Shown: positions 13,416-24,701 of the stretch, piece by piece | How positions within the stretch are numbered: position 1 is the stretch's first letter | Layout: every line of letters begins with the position of its first letter | DNA from: Amphiscolops sp. MND2022 | Taxonomy: Eukaryota | Length of the DNA stretch: 64,000 nucleotides | Assembly: GCA_964187785.1 (NCBI GenBank) | Contig: OZ076409.1 | Span: 11,472,001 to 11,536,000 of the forward strand | Reading direction: 5' to 3' | Notes under the pieces: generated by a model | The model's database searches: none | Told to the model about the DNA's origin: nothing | The model's input: only the letters and a program-made list of their open reading frames with translations | Translations under genes and position numbers: made by a program

Positions 13416-13970
13416 AATAGCAAAATGACATCAAAGTGTCAAAAAACTTCAAGTATCAAAATCACAAAAAAAATCGAAGCACTTCCGAAAAACCCAAACG
13501 ACCGAACTGGCGCGCCAGGTGCCCGCTAGCACAAGCCCCTGGCGCGCTAAAAGGGGGACCCTTTCGGATTTTTCAAAATTTATCGTTGCAAAACATCAAA
13601 AAATTGAAGGAGGGACACTTTGGGGAAGAAATTTTTTCGAAAAAAAGTCTCACAATGCCGAAAAAAAACTGAAAAGGGGGACCCTTTGGGATTTTTCAAC
13701 ATCCATTCTGTCGCCAAGCATCAAAAAAATTGAAGAGGGGGACCCTTTGAGGAAACAAATTTCGGAAAAAAATCTCACAATTCCGAAAAAAAACTGAAAG
13801 GAAAAGCAGGAAAAACCATTTTGGTTCACTTCGCTAGGCGAAATGGTTCAATTGGACACCATAATATTTCGTAGAACTTTTTTAGAACAATTTTTTTGGT
13901 CAGTTCGTGTGGATTGAAAAAAGCGTCACTATAATAGTCGCGTTTCACTTCATGAAGCGCCGACTAAAAA
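13416..13970 (-). mobile_element. HINE family A copy (hairpin end truncated)
   Basis: Internal repeats GGGGGACCCTTTGGGATTTTTCAACATCC. End AGTCGCG...GCGCCGACTAAAAA. Confidence 0.7.
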
Positions 13971-14325
13971 GTTCGAAGGCAAGCACAATTTAACGAAAAA
14001 TGAACAAATTTGTCTGACAGTGCCGAAAAACGTCGGGATTATGTTAGTTCACTGACTGAAGAATCAATGTTGGCTCGGTTCAAGCCCTCGCGTTCTGTTT
14101 GACGAACGGAATACAGCCCAATGCTAAATTCGAGCTCTGTTCACCATATCCAAACGTTATTTAAAACGATGGGAAAAAATTCGAAAGAGTTCAATATACA
14201 AGATTTGAAAAGTTCGACACTGATGAGATTCAAACCTTCACTTTCAAGGCAAAACGTGAATAAATTCAGACATAATGTCAATATTACAAATATAACACAT
14301 TTTTTTGCTGTAAACGTTATATAGG

Positions 14326-14880
14326 AACAAGATGGGAACGTCTAAAGTCGGCACTATATCTAAGGCCTAAAAAAGCGCAGTTTCATGAAAAACTCCTGTT
14401 TTCGAACCTCCGCCTCCCCTTCAGTAAAACGCAATATAGTTCGGATATAACGTCAAAAATTCGGATATAGCGCTTTACTCCGGATGTCACGTCAAAATTT
14501 AATAGTTGTATAGTTTAGAAAAAAATGCTTCTGGGTATATTTTCAGAAAAAAGCGAATTTTGAAACAGTCTCATAGTGTCAAAAAATTTGGAAGAGAAGA
14601 CCCTCTGGGCTTTTTGAAACTCCTAATCGTTGCAAAAGATCAAAAAAATTTAAATGACCCTTTGGAGAGAAAAAAACTCGAGAAAAAGTCGCACAGTGCC
14701 AAATAAAATTCAAAAAGGGACCCTATAGTCTCGTCCGGTTTTGTATCCTACGTTAAAAATGAAATAAATGAAAGGGGGCCCTTTGCTTTATTTTAGATGT
14801 GTTCCTGCTTGTCTGAGGAAAAAAACGGTCACTGGAATTGTCGGGCTTTATTCCTTAAAAGTAAATGTTCCAACTAAAAA
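14326..14880 (-). mobile_element. HINE family A copy (diverged)
   Basis: Starts AACAAGATGGGAACGTCTAAAGTCGGCAC, ends ...CCAACTAAAAA. Confidence 0.6.
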
Positions 14881-15105
14881 CATTCGCGAGACTAAAACCC
14901 CTAAATTCTTTCCGACAATATGTGATTACAGTCATTAATAACCCGTATGATTGGATCTAAAGCAAAATTTCGTTAAACAAGGCGACGAAAATGGTATGGC
15001 TCAAATTGGTGCATTAAAAAACTTGGTACCGAGCGTGGTCCGACCCCATGTACTCCTGCTTTAGAAGCTCGCACATTAAGTAATAGGTCTCATAGTTTCG
15101 GACTT

Positions 15106-16112
15106 CCCGGGTTGACCCTCTTACTAGCATCTTGGCTGTCTTGGCAAGATCTTGCCAAATTCTTACTATATCTTGGCAACCATGGATCCCATGGCAAGAT
15201 TCTTATTAAGATCTTACTAAGATAATACTTATTCCAAGATCGTATCATATCACGATGGACAAAATTTTAAGATTATAAAAAAACACTATACCTTCGGTAC
15301 AAGCAGCCGAGACTCAATCTAAAGGCTCATTTCACCCAACAACGACTATTTCTACTCGTGTTTATAATCAAAATGCTTAAACCTGTTGAAAAAGTTTTGC
15401 ATGCAAAAATGAGTGAAAAATTACGATAACGTAGTCTGGCTTCCGAAATTTTGACGAAAATCCTAATAACTGCTCACCTGTTTAAGACTGAGAAACGCGA
15501 ATGTACCAAATGAAAGGTCATTTTAAGGGCTTTTCAAACTTGTAATTTATCACTCCTGTCAATTTCAGAGACGGAGAAATATGTTCTCAAACGTCCAGAC
15601 CCACTATCGGAAAGTTACAAAGGAAAGACCTTAAAATCCGGAAACTTTTGTAAAATTCATATACTCAGCTTTCTTAGAGCCTGTGTTTCAGCAGCCTTAT
15701 TACTGCTAGAAACATCGGTCATTGCACTAATTTGGGTAATGATTCAGCTCGAGGCTTTTCTGACGCCGTTGTTGGCGACAGTTTTGCAATTGAAAGAACA
15801 ATTTAACCAGCGTCTTCCTAAATAATTATCTCTTCAATCAAATTTTATACATTGCTAACAGAAGTTTTAATGTCTAACAATATAAATCTGCAGAAATGTT
15901 GATTTTTGTTGACTTCCTTTCAGATTTTTTCTTTCCAAGTAGGATTTTACAATAAAAGTTTTCTTGGAAACATGGCTCTCTTGATAAGATCTTACCATGG
16001 CATCTTGCATTACTTGCAAATATCTTGTCACGATCTTAGCTAAGATTTTTCCACGATCTTGGCAAGATCTTGCCAAGATCTTACTAAGATATCCATGGAG
16101 GGTCGACCCGGG
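15106..16112. mobile_element. TIR element with CCC termini and CAAGATCTTG subterminal repeats (CMC/EnSpm-like MITE)
   Basis: TIRs CCCGGGTTGACCCTC / GAGGGTCGACCCGGG, with ~11-bp palindromic subterminal arrays at both ends. Superfamily inferred. Confidence 0.65.
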
Positions 16113-17745
16113 TCGGCAAAAAATTGTCGTTGCAATAAAAAATCAGAAAAATAATTTTTTGGAAATTATTTTTAAAAAAATCTGAATCTGAGAGAATGTC
16201 TCAAGAAACCGAAATATCAAAACCCTGATGTTTTTCAAAAACAATTTTCAGAAACAATTTTTCATCGTGAAAAAGTTCCTTAAATAAAATTAGCCCTTTA
16301 CTTTGGAAGGCTTCAAAATCGGTCATCATGATGCTCACAAATATTATTGCAACAGAAAACAAAATACTTTTCACAGATGTATAGCAGAGTAGTAGACAAA
16401 ACACAAAGGAGCAACTGACTTGGTGGTTGAAAAATTGCTCTCAATTTGGCCAAAAGTATGATAATTTAAACGGAATTACTATGGTATTACTACGGCATTA
16501 CTACTTATTTTGACCAAATCAATTTTGGGGCTTTAGCGTAACCTCAAGACTTGCCTGAGTATACCACAAGGCTTGCACAAGATTTCTTTGGGAATACGAA
16601 TCTTTTTAAACTTTCTTGGTAATTTTGATTATTTTCCATTACGAGTGGAAAATTTTAATTGAATAAAAGGAAAGACGAACGAAATAGCTATTCTTGAAAA
16701 CGTCTATAATTAGCAATCGTTATTATTGATAAAAATTACAACAGAAGTCAATTTTGATACAACAGAAGTCATATGATAAGTTTTGTGGTGATGTTATGTC
16801 GAATCTAAATGATTTTGGATTTCCTGGAGAAACGTTTTGAATGGAATTCAGGCTTAACAAAAAAAATTAACAGATAAAATCAAAAGCATGAGGACAACTT
16901 TCGCAGTGTAAAAGGTAGCTTTTTCCAAATGACTCAGAAAATCATCCATGATCATAGATTTTTCGACTTCTACTTTCATGGAAAATCATGGATGGCCCAT
17001 GGCAGGGCATGGCCCCATGGATCATCATCCATGATTTTGACCCATGATTCATCCATGATGAGCCATGTTGAAAATTTCGTTCAAAGTCGAAATATTTCTC
17101 TTACTGTTTCGGTTTTTGTCTCTTGTTCTGTCTCTTAGGGGTTTCTGAGGGTTACCTTAATGTCCCGGATTAGCATTAAGGGCGCTTTTTGGCACCGCGT
17201 ATCCAAGAGCCTCGAGATAGGTTTTAGTAAGCATTAGATGGGCTTTTTTGGTTTTGAGGAAGGTTTTCGATGGAATTGCGGAAAACGCGTCTTTTTAGAT
17301 CAATTTCAAAGAAAATGTAGAATTATTCTAGATTGTACTTAGATCAATGCCTCGACCGATTTCGACCTGAATTCTGCAATTGTATGGTCTAATCCCTATG
17401 ACTCGTACTGTAGTTTTGTTGATTTCATGTCTTTTTCGCGAAATTTTGTAACAAAACGACTCTTTTCAGATCAATTTTAGAGAAAATGTAGAATTATTCT
17501 AGTTTGTATCTAGATCAATGCCTCGATAAAACTTTAAGCTCACTGACTTGAACTGTTTTCTTTCATCATTTTGGTATTTCGATATTCATTCACGTTTTTT
17601 TCCTGTATCTTGCACTAGGCGAGTTGCCGTTTCTGAATTCTTTTGTTAACTTCGACCATTTTCTAGAAAGTGACAATTCCGATGGAGAATGATTGCGGTA
17701 CCAAATGTACCATATTTGAATATATTTGAAGTCCCCTCACGAATT

Positions 17746-18386
17746 AACAAGCCGGGACCGGCCCAAGTCGGCGCCATATCCAAGGCTCAAAAATAGCAAA
17801 AAGACTTCCAAGTGTCAAGTACTCTTTTACAGTACTCGAAAATCGAAATTTTTTGAAAAAAAATTTCTCGAAAAAATTACATACTCAAAAAAATGGACCG
17901 AGTGGCCCGCTAAAGTCTCACAATGCCGAAAAACTGAAAGGGGGGACCCTTTGTGGTTTTTCAACATCCATTCTGTCGCAAAACATCAAAAAATTGAAGA
18001 AAACAAAAATTTTCATTTTCGGGAAAAAATCTCACAATGCCGAAAAAAACTGAAAGGGGGGACCCTTTGGGATTTTTCAACATCCATTCTGTCGCAATCA
18101 TCAAAAAAAATGCAGGGGGACCCTTTGGGGAAAAATTTTTTTTCGAAAAGTCCCGCAGTGCCGAAAAAAAATGAAAGGGGTGGAGTCTTTGGTCTCGCCC
18201 GGTATGGTATGTTACGCGGAAAAACAGGAAAAAAACCTTTTTGGTTCAGTTCGCTAGACCAAATAGTGCATTTTGATGCAATAATATTTTGTAGAACTTT
18301 TAGGAACTATTTTGGCCAGTTCGTGTGGATAGAAAAAAAAGTCACTATTATAGTCGCGTTTCACTTCATGAAGCGCCGACTAAAAA
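17746..18386 (-). mobile_element. HINE family A copy, complete
   Basis: AACAAGCCGGGACCGGCCCAAGTCGGCGCC ... AGTCGCGTTTCACTTCATGAAGCGCCGACTAAAAA, with an internal ~120-bp tandem unit. Confidence 0.75.
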
Positions 18387-19191
18387 TCGATGGTTACCTT
18401 TCGTCCTGTCACCTGTGGTATATCTATAATATACCGCACTAGCAGAGAGCCTCCAACCCAGAATAAGGACATTTTTCAATTACTGAATCCTTTGCTTTCA
18501 GTTGAACTGCGTATCCGACATTGTGCTTCTAGCTTCATTTTGTTTCAGCTCAAGTAACGGAGAGTGGTCAAAAATAGGACCATATCCATCTTTTTCGAAA
18601 GCAGTTTTGGCTATCGGAACGGCCCGTTTCAAATTTTTTCCGCCATGGCACATGGATTTCCATCCATGATTCATCCATGATTCATGGATTTCCATACATT
18701 GCCCATGTTATGGCCATGCCATGGCGAGCCATGAATCATGGTTGAATCATAGATGGCGGGTCATGGCGTGACAACCTGGGAATACTATTACAACCTAAAT
18801 GAGAGGAGTTCAGGTTTCCAGTTTTTGACCTTCCGCCTGATTGGAACGTTTGAGCACTGAAAATGAACGATTTTTTACCTTTTAGTACTGATTTGCGGCT
18901 GTATTAACTGAGAAACCCCAAGTACATTATACCTCATTTATGGGTAAGCGGAAAACCGATCGAAAACCCACTCGCAGAATGTTACGAAATTGTCGAATAA
19001 TTGCAGATTGCCTATCAGCTGTTAGCAACCAGCCAGAAACGCACTTGATGAAACTGATAATACTGGATTAATTTTCTTCAATTTATACTATTTTATATAA
19101 GCTATATGAAATTTATATAGCTTTTTAAATAGAAAAATTGCATGAAATGACTTACGTTTACTTTCTGAAGAGTAATATTGTTGTTTATGCT

Positions 19192-19394
19192 TGTGACCGA
19201 GGCCATAGCCTTGGCTAGAAAAAGAACATTGATGCTAACATAAATTGATAAACAGCTGTAAACATAAAGTAAAGTACCTGTCAGTAAGCTTTGTCGAAAC
19301 GACCTAAAGGTCGAACATTTGCAGCAAGTTGCCTTTAAAGTATATAGTTACTTAATTCACTACATTCGTTAGCAAACTCGTTTTCGCTATAACA
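19192..19394 (+). repeat. 5' LTR of element 2
   Basis: TGTGACCGAGG...CTATAACA. Confidence 0.97.
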
Positions 19395-21088
19395 TGGCGC
19401 TGCGAAACACTGATCCTGAAGACGGGAAACACAAAGATGGGAGTGCAACAATAACAGGTCTCGCCCCATACTGGAACGATCCACAAAAGAAGCCCAACAT
19501 CGAGTGGAAGAAATGGTGTGATCTCTTCGCTGTGGCGATGACAGCAAAATACTCAATTTCCATTGCAGAAGTATTGAGAACAGTCACCAATGAAACAGAA
19601 AGGAATAAAGCACTGCTAAACAATTTGGATAAATCAGTAGCCGAAAGAAAGTGTGTAAGTGTGCTTTACTTATCCTTGGGAACGGCTGCACGCAAAACTT
19701 TTTCTGACAAATATCCAGCAGTAAAAGTCGCGGAAATCACGTTAGAAGATCTGCTAAAGAATTGCAAGGATACCTTTGACACGAAGAGAAACCGGACTCT
19801 AGATAGAGTCAGATTCCTCTCACGAAAGCAAATGGCCTCAGAAACATTGGAGCAGTTCTGGCATTCCTTAAACGGCTTAGCATCGGAATGCGATTTCGGG
19901 GTACAAACAGAAAGCTTGGTCCACGATATCTTCATTCTAAATATGAAAAACTCGGCAGTCCAAGAAAAACTGTGCACAGAGCCAAAAACAAATCCAAAAG
20001 ACGCACTAGAATTCGCAATAGCATATGAAGAAGGCACACTTCGTCAAAAATCATATGGCGAAAACAAAATCACAATAAAAAGCGAACCAATATGTACAGT
20101 GGCCAAGAAGAAGGACTGCTTACGATGCGGAAAAGAAAATTTTTCAATAGAACATTTGAAAGTGTGCCCCGCAAAAGGAAAACAATGCAACAAGTGCGGA
20201 GTCATGGGCCACTTCGGCAGAGTGTGCAGGAGAGCACAAAAGCAACAGAACGCACAGAAGCAACCGCCGCGGCGGGTGAATTGGGTAGAAGAGGAATCAG
20301 AAAATGACGAAGACAAGAATGAAGATGAAGAACAATACGTTCTAGGCATCGACGGCAGCGGATCACCTCCATTCATGATGAAAGGGAAGATAAACAGAAA
20401 GAAGTTCTGCCTAATGATAGATTCGGGTTCCCCGGTAACGATCATCAATTACGAAGAACTACAAAAAATTCTACAATACGAAACACTATTCGTTCGTCCA
20501 TTACCACCTGATGAAAAGTACGTAGACTACAACAAAAAACCCGTCAACCTACTGGGATATATATTTTGCGAACTAGAAGTAGGCGGAAAATATATCCGAA
20601 AGGCAAGGATATTAGTAGCGAGACCGGGTGCAAAATCCATTGTCGGCAGAGATTGGCTGAATTACCTGCACTACGCCATCGAACCAAAAAAGGGGGGTAA
20701 GTGTAATGCAATTAACCTTGTAAATAATGTAAATAAAGTAGTGGTAAATAAATGGGCAAATGAAATGAAGCTTGAATTCCCAGACCTCTTCGAAAGAAGA
20801 GGCAAAATAAAACAACACAAAATACATGCCAGACTCCATAAAGATACAATAGTAAAACAGCAGAAGGGCCGCCGCGTACCCATACAACTACAAGACGCAG
20901 TCAACAAAGAGGTAAGCAGGCTACTACAAGAAGGCCACATTGTGAAAGTACAAGAAATAAAAGAAGATGTTTTTCTACAACCAACGGTAATCACCGTTAA
21001 GAAAGATCGCAGTGTAAAAATTGCATTGGATGCAAGGGAATTAAACAAAAACGTTATAAGACAAATATCCCATGCCGAATTTAGATAA
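19394..21088 (+). CDS. gag: Gag-protease-RT N-terminus (5' part of the gag-pol ORF)
   Basis: 564-aa ORF with two CCHC knuckles (CLRC...H...C; CNKCGVMGHFGRVC), protease IDSGS...IVGRDWL and the RT start (IALDARELN). A frameshift at ~21059 links it to the downstream ORF. Confidence 0.92.
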   Translation: MALRNTDPEDGKHKDGSATITGLAPYWNDPQKKPNIEWKKWCDLFAVAMTAKYSISIAEVLRTVTNETERNKALLNNLDKSVAERKCVSVLYLSLGTAARKTFSDKYPAVKVAEITLEDLLKNCKDTFDTKRNRTLDRVRFLSRKQMASETLEQFWHSLNGLASECDFGVQTESLVHDIFILNMKNSAVQEKLCTEPKTNPKDALEFAIAYEEGTLRQKSYGENKITIKSEPICTVAKKKDCLRCGKENFSIEHLKVCPAKGKQCNKCGVMGHFGRVCRRAQKQQNAQKQPPRRVNWVEEESENDEDKNEDEEQYVLGIDGSGSPPFMMKGKINRKKFCLMIDSGSPVTIINYEELQKILQYETLFVRPLPPDEKYVDYNKKPVNLLGYIFCELEVGGKYIRKARILVARPGAKSIVGRDWLNYLHYAIEPKKGGKCNAINLVNNVNKVVVNKWANEMKLEFPDLFERRGKIKQHKIHARLHKDTIVKQQKGRRVPIQLQDAVNKEVSRLLQEGHIVKVQEIKEDVFLQPTVITVKKDRSVKIALDARELNKNVIRQISHAEFR

Positions 21089-24000
21089 CCTCATGGATAT
21101 GATTGCAGAACACGTAGAACAAGGCCCAGGAGAAACATTCTTCACGACGTTAGACATGACGTATGCATACGGACAGGTGGAATTGAGTGAAGAAACATCA
21201 AGACATTGCAACTTCCGAATCATTGGGGGAAAAGCAACCGGAATCTACAGATTCGTGACAGGTTTCTATGGACTCACAACGATGCCAACAGAATTCCAAA
21301 AAATAATGGATTTAACACTCGCAGGTATAACGAATACCTTTGTATTCATAGACGACATCCTAGTTGTCACACACGGGACAGAAGATGAACACATCAAAAA
21401 AGTAAAAGAAGTAATGCAAAGACTGGATAACTCGAACATTAATCTAAAATTGGGCAAATGCAACTTCGCGGCGAAAAATATTGAATGGGTCGGGTACAAC
21501 CTTTCTCAACAAGGGGTAGCACCCATAAATAGTAAAGTGCAAGGAATCTCAGAACGCCTTCGACCCACCAATTTAAAACAACTCAGATCCTTTTTAGGGG
21601 CTGTAAACCAGTTCAACAAATTCATCCCAGATTTAGCAAAATTATGCTTCCCATTCAGAACTTTACTGAAGAAAGATAACGAATGGAACTGGAATACAGA
21701 ACAAGAAAACGCGTTCACAGCAGTAAATGAAGCAATAAAGAAAGCAACAACACTAAATCATTTCAAAAGAAATTGCCCCCTTCGCATAATTTGCGACGCC
21801 AGTAAGTCAGGACTCGGAGCAGTGCTACAACAAGAAGAAAACGGTACTTGGAAACCAATTTCATTTGCATCAAGATTTCTTACAGAACTCGAATCAAAGT
21901 ATTCGATAAACGAATTAGAACTACTCGCCATAGTATGGTCAGTAGAATATTTCAGGAGCTACGTTTATGGAGTCCCATTTAAAATAATTTCAGACCATAA
22001 AGCACTAGCAACAGTATTAAAGGGCCAAAAAGCAAACAAAACATATTCTAGCAGATTAACACGGTGGGTAGACCGACTTCTACCCTACGATTTTGAAGTA
22101 ATACACGGCCCAGGAAGAACACTAGGTATTGCTGATTATTTATCTCGAAATCCATCACCACTAATTGAAAATTCAGTAAAATCTAGTACATTATGGGATG
22201 AATGGTTCACTGTTAATATTGTTTCAGAAATGAAGAATTCAATACTGGCAAATGAGAAGCCAAGCCGCGGCGGCCGACAACCAATCAAAAGCGAGAGCGA
22301 TGCGAGCGAGAAAACAACAAGCAAAGGTGCGAACGACGTCACGCAATTATCGATTAAACAAATAATTAGAGACGCATTCACAGATCAACAGCAATCAGAA
22401 ATGGCACGCAAGCGAGACGCAAGCGAAACGCGAAAATTACATGAACTCGCAATCAAACCGCCAGTCAAACGACCAATAACATTAGCCCTAATTGATAAAA
22501 ATTCCAGCACGCCGCTCAAATCGAGCATACAGCGAATCGGAGAGAACATGCTAGCAGCAACTTACGATTGCGACCCATTGTTACAATCAATTATAGCGCT
22601 ACTACAAAACTTCGATCAAAAGAAGTTTAACAAACTTCCAAAAATCTGGCAGCAACGTTATAAAGAACTACGCCTCGATGAAAACAACTTCATCTACATT
22701 GACGAACGTTTAGTCATCCCAGAAGAACTGAGACGACCAATATTCAGAAGCTTACATTGGGGACACCCGGGAAGGGACACAATGCTCCAAGCCGTCGCCG
22801 ACATATGGTGGCCGCGGATCCACCGCGAAATCGTGCTCCTGGCGCAATCATGCAGTCGCTGCCAAAAAGCAGGTAAAAATTTAAAAACAATACAAAAACT
22901 ATCAGAATACGGGAAACTACCCGCGGCGGAAACTCATAATGACGAAATAGCTATAGATTTTGCAGGACCATTTAAATTAGCTCCGAAAGCAAAGAAATAT
23001 TTATTGGTATCAATCGATCACAAAACGAATTGGCCAAACGCCGCGTTCGTAAAGAAACCGACCGCAGAAACTGTAGTAAATTTATTAAACGCGCACATAG
23101 CCCAATTTGGCATACCAAAAAGAATAAGAACCGACCCCGCAACTATATTCCGCGGCGAAACATTTAAACAATTTTGCAGCGATCACTTCATTAAACATAT
23201 CGAATGCCCAATCCGCGACCACCGCGGAAACGGAAAAATAGAACGCTTAATTAGAACACTTAACGAGAGGTTAAGAGCAGATAAAACAATTATCACAGAA
23301 CGCGGAAACACAGGTCTAGCACGATTACTATTCGCTCTTAGAACGGCCGCGGCAGCCAATAAAACTAGTCCATTTGAACAGGTATTTGGTAGAAAACCAA
23401 ATACCATCAAAGAAATAATAACAGAAAAACCGAAAAACTGTTTAGAAAATGAAGAAACACTACAACTGTCCCCAGAAGACTTTCCCAAAGACGACGACTC
23501 AACCATCTTCCTGAGAGACAGGACGAAAAATACAAAACTAGAGGGACAATTCAAAAAACGACACGGAAGCATAGTGGCAGAATCAAATCACACAATAACG
23601 CTGCAGAACAATCGAGGACGCCAAGTAATCTCGAAAAGAGATATTGCAAAACAGAAAAGCACATCATACAGCCCCAAAACAAGAAACCAACAAAACAAAG
23701 GGGGAAACAGCCATTCGCTGGAACGGAAAATTGCAGCACTCAAAGATGCTGAGACAAGGGAGGAGATGGAACTAAACAAACCACTAAAGGCATTCATAAA
23801 GAGAAAAGAAAAACAAACCGAAACTAGGACAAAATCCCCCAGAAAACAAGCACGACCGAGAAAATCACTCGCAGGACTACCAGAAAAGAAAAGTGAACAA
23901 AAACAAAACGAAATCCTCGACAGCTCGTCAGACGAAGAAGAAAACACTATGTGGCAAGAAACCACAACCAAACAAGATACAACAAACAAACCCGAAGAAA

Positions 24001-24239
24001 CAACCGAAGAAAAACAGGAGCAACCAGAGACAAGCAGCAACAATTCCAGACAAAGTCAACGCACAAAACGAAAACCAAACTGGTTCGGTCAAAATGTCAT
24101 GGTGACGAAGATAGACACGAAAGACAACGAAGACAAAAACAACGCACAAACCAACAAGGAAATCGAACAAGAACTCGAAGCAATCCCCGACTTCGAAGCA
24201 ATGACGCAAGAGGAAATTGATCACTGGGTCAACAACTAA
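21060..24239 (+). CDS. pol: Pol: RT, RNase H, integrase, C-terminal tail
   Basis: Uninterrupted 1055-aa ORF from 21072, with the frame open from DKYP at 21060. Motifs: TLDMTYAY, FIDD, CDASKSGLG, ELELLAI, HHCC (HWGH...CSRC), DDE core (IDFAG, TDPA, GKIERLIRT). Confidence 0.95.
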   Translation, partial: DKYPMPNLDNLMDMIAEHVEQGPGETFFTTLDMTYAYGQVELSEETSRHCNFRIIGGKATGIYRFVTGFYGLTTMPTEFQKIMDLTLAGITNTFVFIDDILVVTHGTEDEHIKKVKEVMQRLDNSNINLKLGKCNFAAKNIEWVGYNLSQQGVAPINSKVQGISERLRPTNLKQLRSFLGAVNQFNKFIPDLAKLCFPFRTLLKKDNEWNWNTEQENAFTAVNEAIKKATTLNHFKRNCPLRIICDASKSGLGAVLQQEENGTWKPISFASRFLTELESKYSINELELLAIVWSVEYFRSYVYGVPFKIISDHKALATVLKGQKANKTYSSRLTRWVDRLLPYDFEVIHGPGRTLGIADYLSRNPSPLIENSVKSSTLWDEWFTVNIVSEMKNSILANEKPSRGGRQPIKSESDASEKTTSKGANDVTQLSIKQIIRDAFTDQQQSEMARKRDASETRKLHELAIKPPVKRPITLALIDKNSSTPLKSSIQRIGENMLAATYDCDPLLQSIIALLQNFDQKKFNKLPKIWQQRYKELRLDENNFIYIDERLVIPEELRRPIFRSLHWGHPGRDTMLQAVADIWWPRIHREIVLLAQSCSRCQKAGKNLKTIQKLSEYGKLPAAETHNDEIAIDFAGPFKLAPKAKKYLLVSIDHKTNWPNAAFVKKPTAETVVNLLNAHIAQFGIPKRIRTDPATIFRGETFKQFCSDHFIKHIECPIRDHRGNGKIERLIRTLNERLRADKTIITERGNTGLARLLFALRTAAAANKTSPFEQVFGRKPNTIKEIITEKPKNCLENEETLQLSPEDFPKDDDSTIFLRDRTKNTKLEGQFKKRHGSIVAESNHTITLQNNRGRQVISKRDIAKQKSTSYSPKTRNQQNKGGNSHSLERKIAALKDAETREEMELNKPLKAFIKRKEKQTETRTKSPRKQARPRKSLAGLPEKKSEQKQNEILDSSSDEEENTMWQETTTKQDTTNKPEETTEEKQEQPETSSNNSRQSQRTKRKPNWFGQNVMVTKIDTKDNEDKNNAQTNKEIEQELEAIPDFEAMTQEEIDHWVNN

Positions 24240-24371
24240 AGAAGAAGGGAAGAACACCTGAACAAAAAAAAACCAAAAACTAAAACCATTAAACTTCATA
24301 ACATTTGAGTTATATTACGTATTTTAAATTTGTCTTGTACTAACTTAACCTCTATCCCGTAGTGGGGGAGA

Positions 24372-24574
24372 TGTGACCGAGGCCATAGCCTTGGCTAGAA
24401 AAAGAACATTGATGCTAACATAAATTGATAAACAGCTGTAAACATAAAGTAAAGTACCTGTCAGTAAGCTTTGTCGAAACGACCTAAAGGTCGAACATTT
24501 GCAGCAAGTTGCCTTTACAGTATACAGTTACTTAATTCACTACATTCGTTAGCAAACTCGTTTTCGCTATAACA
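24372..24574 (+). repeat. 3' LTR of element 2
   Basis: Direct repeat of 19192-19394. Confidence 0.97.
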
Positions 24575-24701
24575 ATGCTGCAGTTCCATCACAAAATTAG
24601 CAATATACTGGCTGATAAAATTTACTGCAACTTGCAACGAGATTTCCGTCTTGTATTTTCAACCAGTTGTTTTCGGTGAGTTTTCATAGATTCTTTTTCA
24701 G

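Larger units (their letters stand above)
19192..24574 (+). mobile_element. Ty3/gypsy (Mag-like) LTR retrotransposon 2, near intact
   Basis: 203-bp TG...CA LTRs (19192-19394, 24372-24574; 2 mismatches). TSD ATGCT (19187-19191, 24575-24579). PBS TGGCGCTGCG and PPT AGTGGGGGAGA. Confidence 0.98.

Noticed and set aside
17726..18442. 238-aa ORF and similar Lys/Phe-rich ORFs (790, 13436, 50960, 54655, 35185-37899)
   Set aside because: They are translations of HINE tandem repeats with no domain signatures.
21050..21072. Programmed gag-pol frameshift in element 2
   Set aside because: The shift lies inside the RT domain (between RELNKNVI and DKYPMP) with no slippery heptamer. A 2-nt loss from ATA AAA GAC (mutation or sequencing error) explains it best.
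20697..22227. Alternative splice skipping only RT-RH (donor 20697 to TTTCAG at 22227, in frame)
   Set aside because: It is in phase, but the acceptor lies in coding sequence, a phase match has a 1-in-3 chance, and its branch point is weaker than the 3' TACTAAC site. Not supportable without transcripts.
23600..24239. env gene or chromodomain at the end of element 2
   Set aside because: The tail is low-complexity and charged, with no signal peptide, TM helix or chromodomain aromatic pattern.
19666..24299. Antisense ORFs within the LTR elements and opposite ASPH exon 3
   Set aside because: These are shadow ORFs expected opposite A-rich coding strands and have no independent features.
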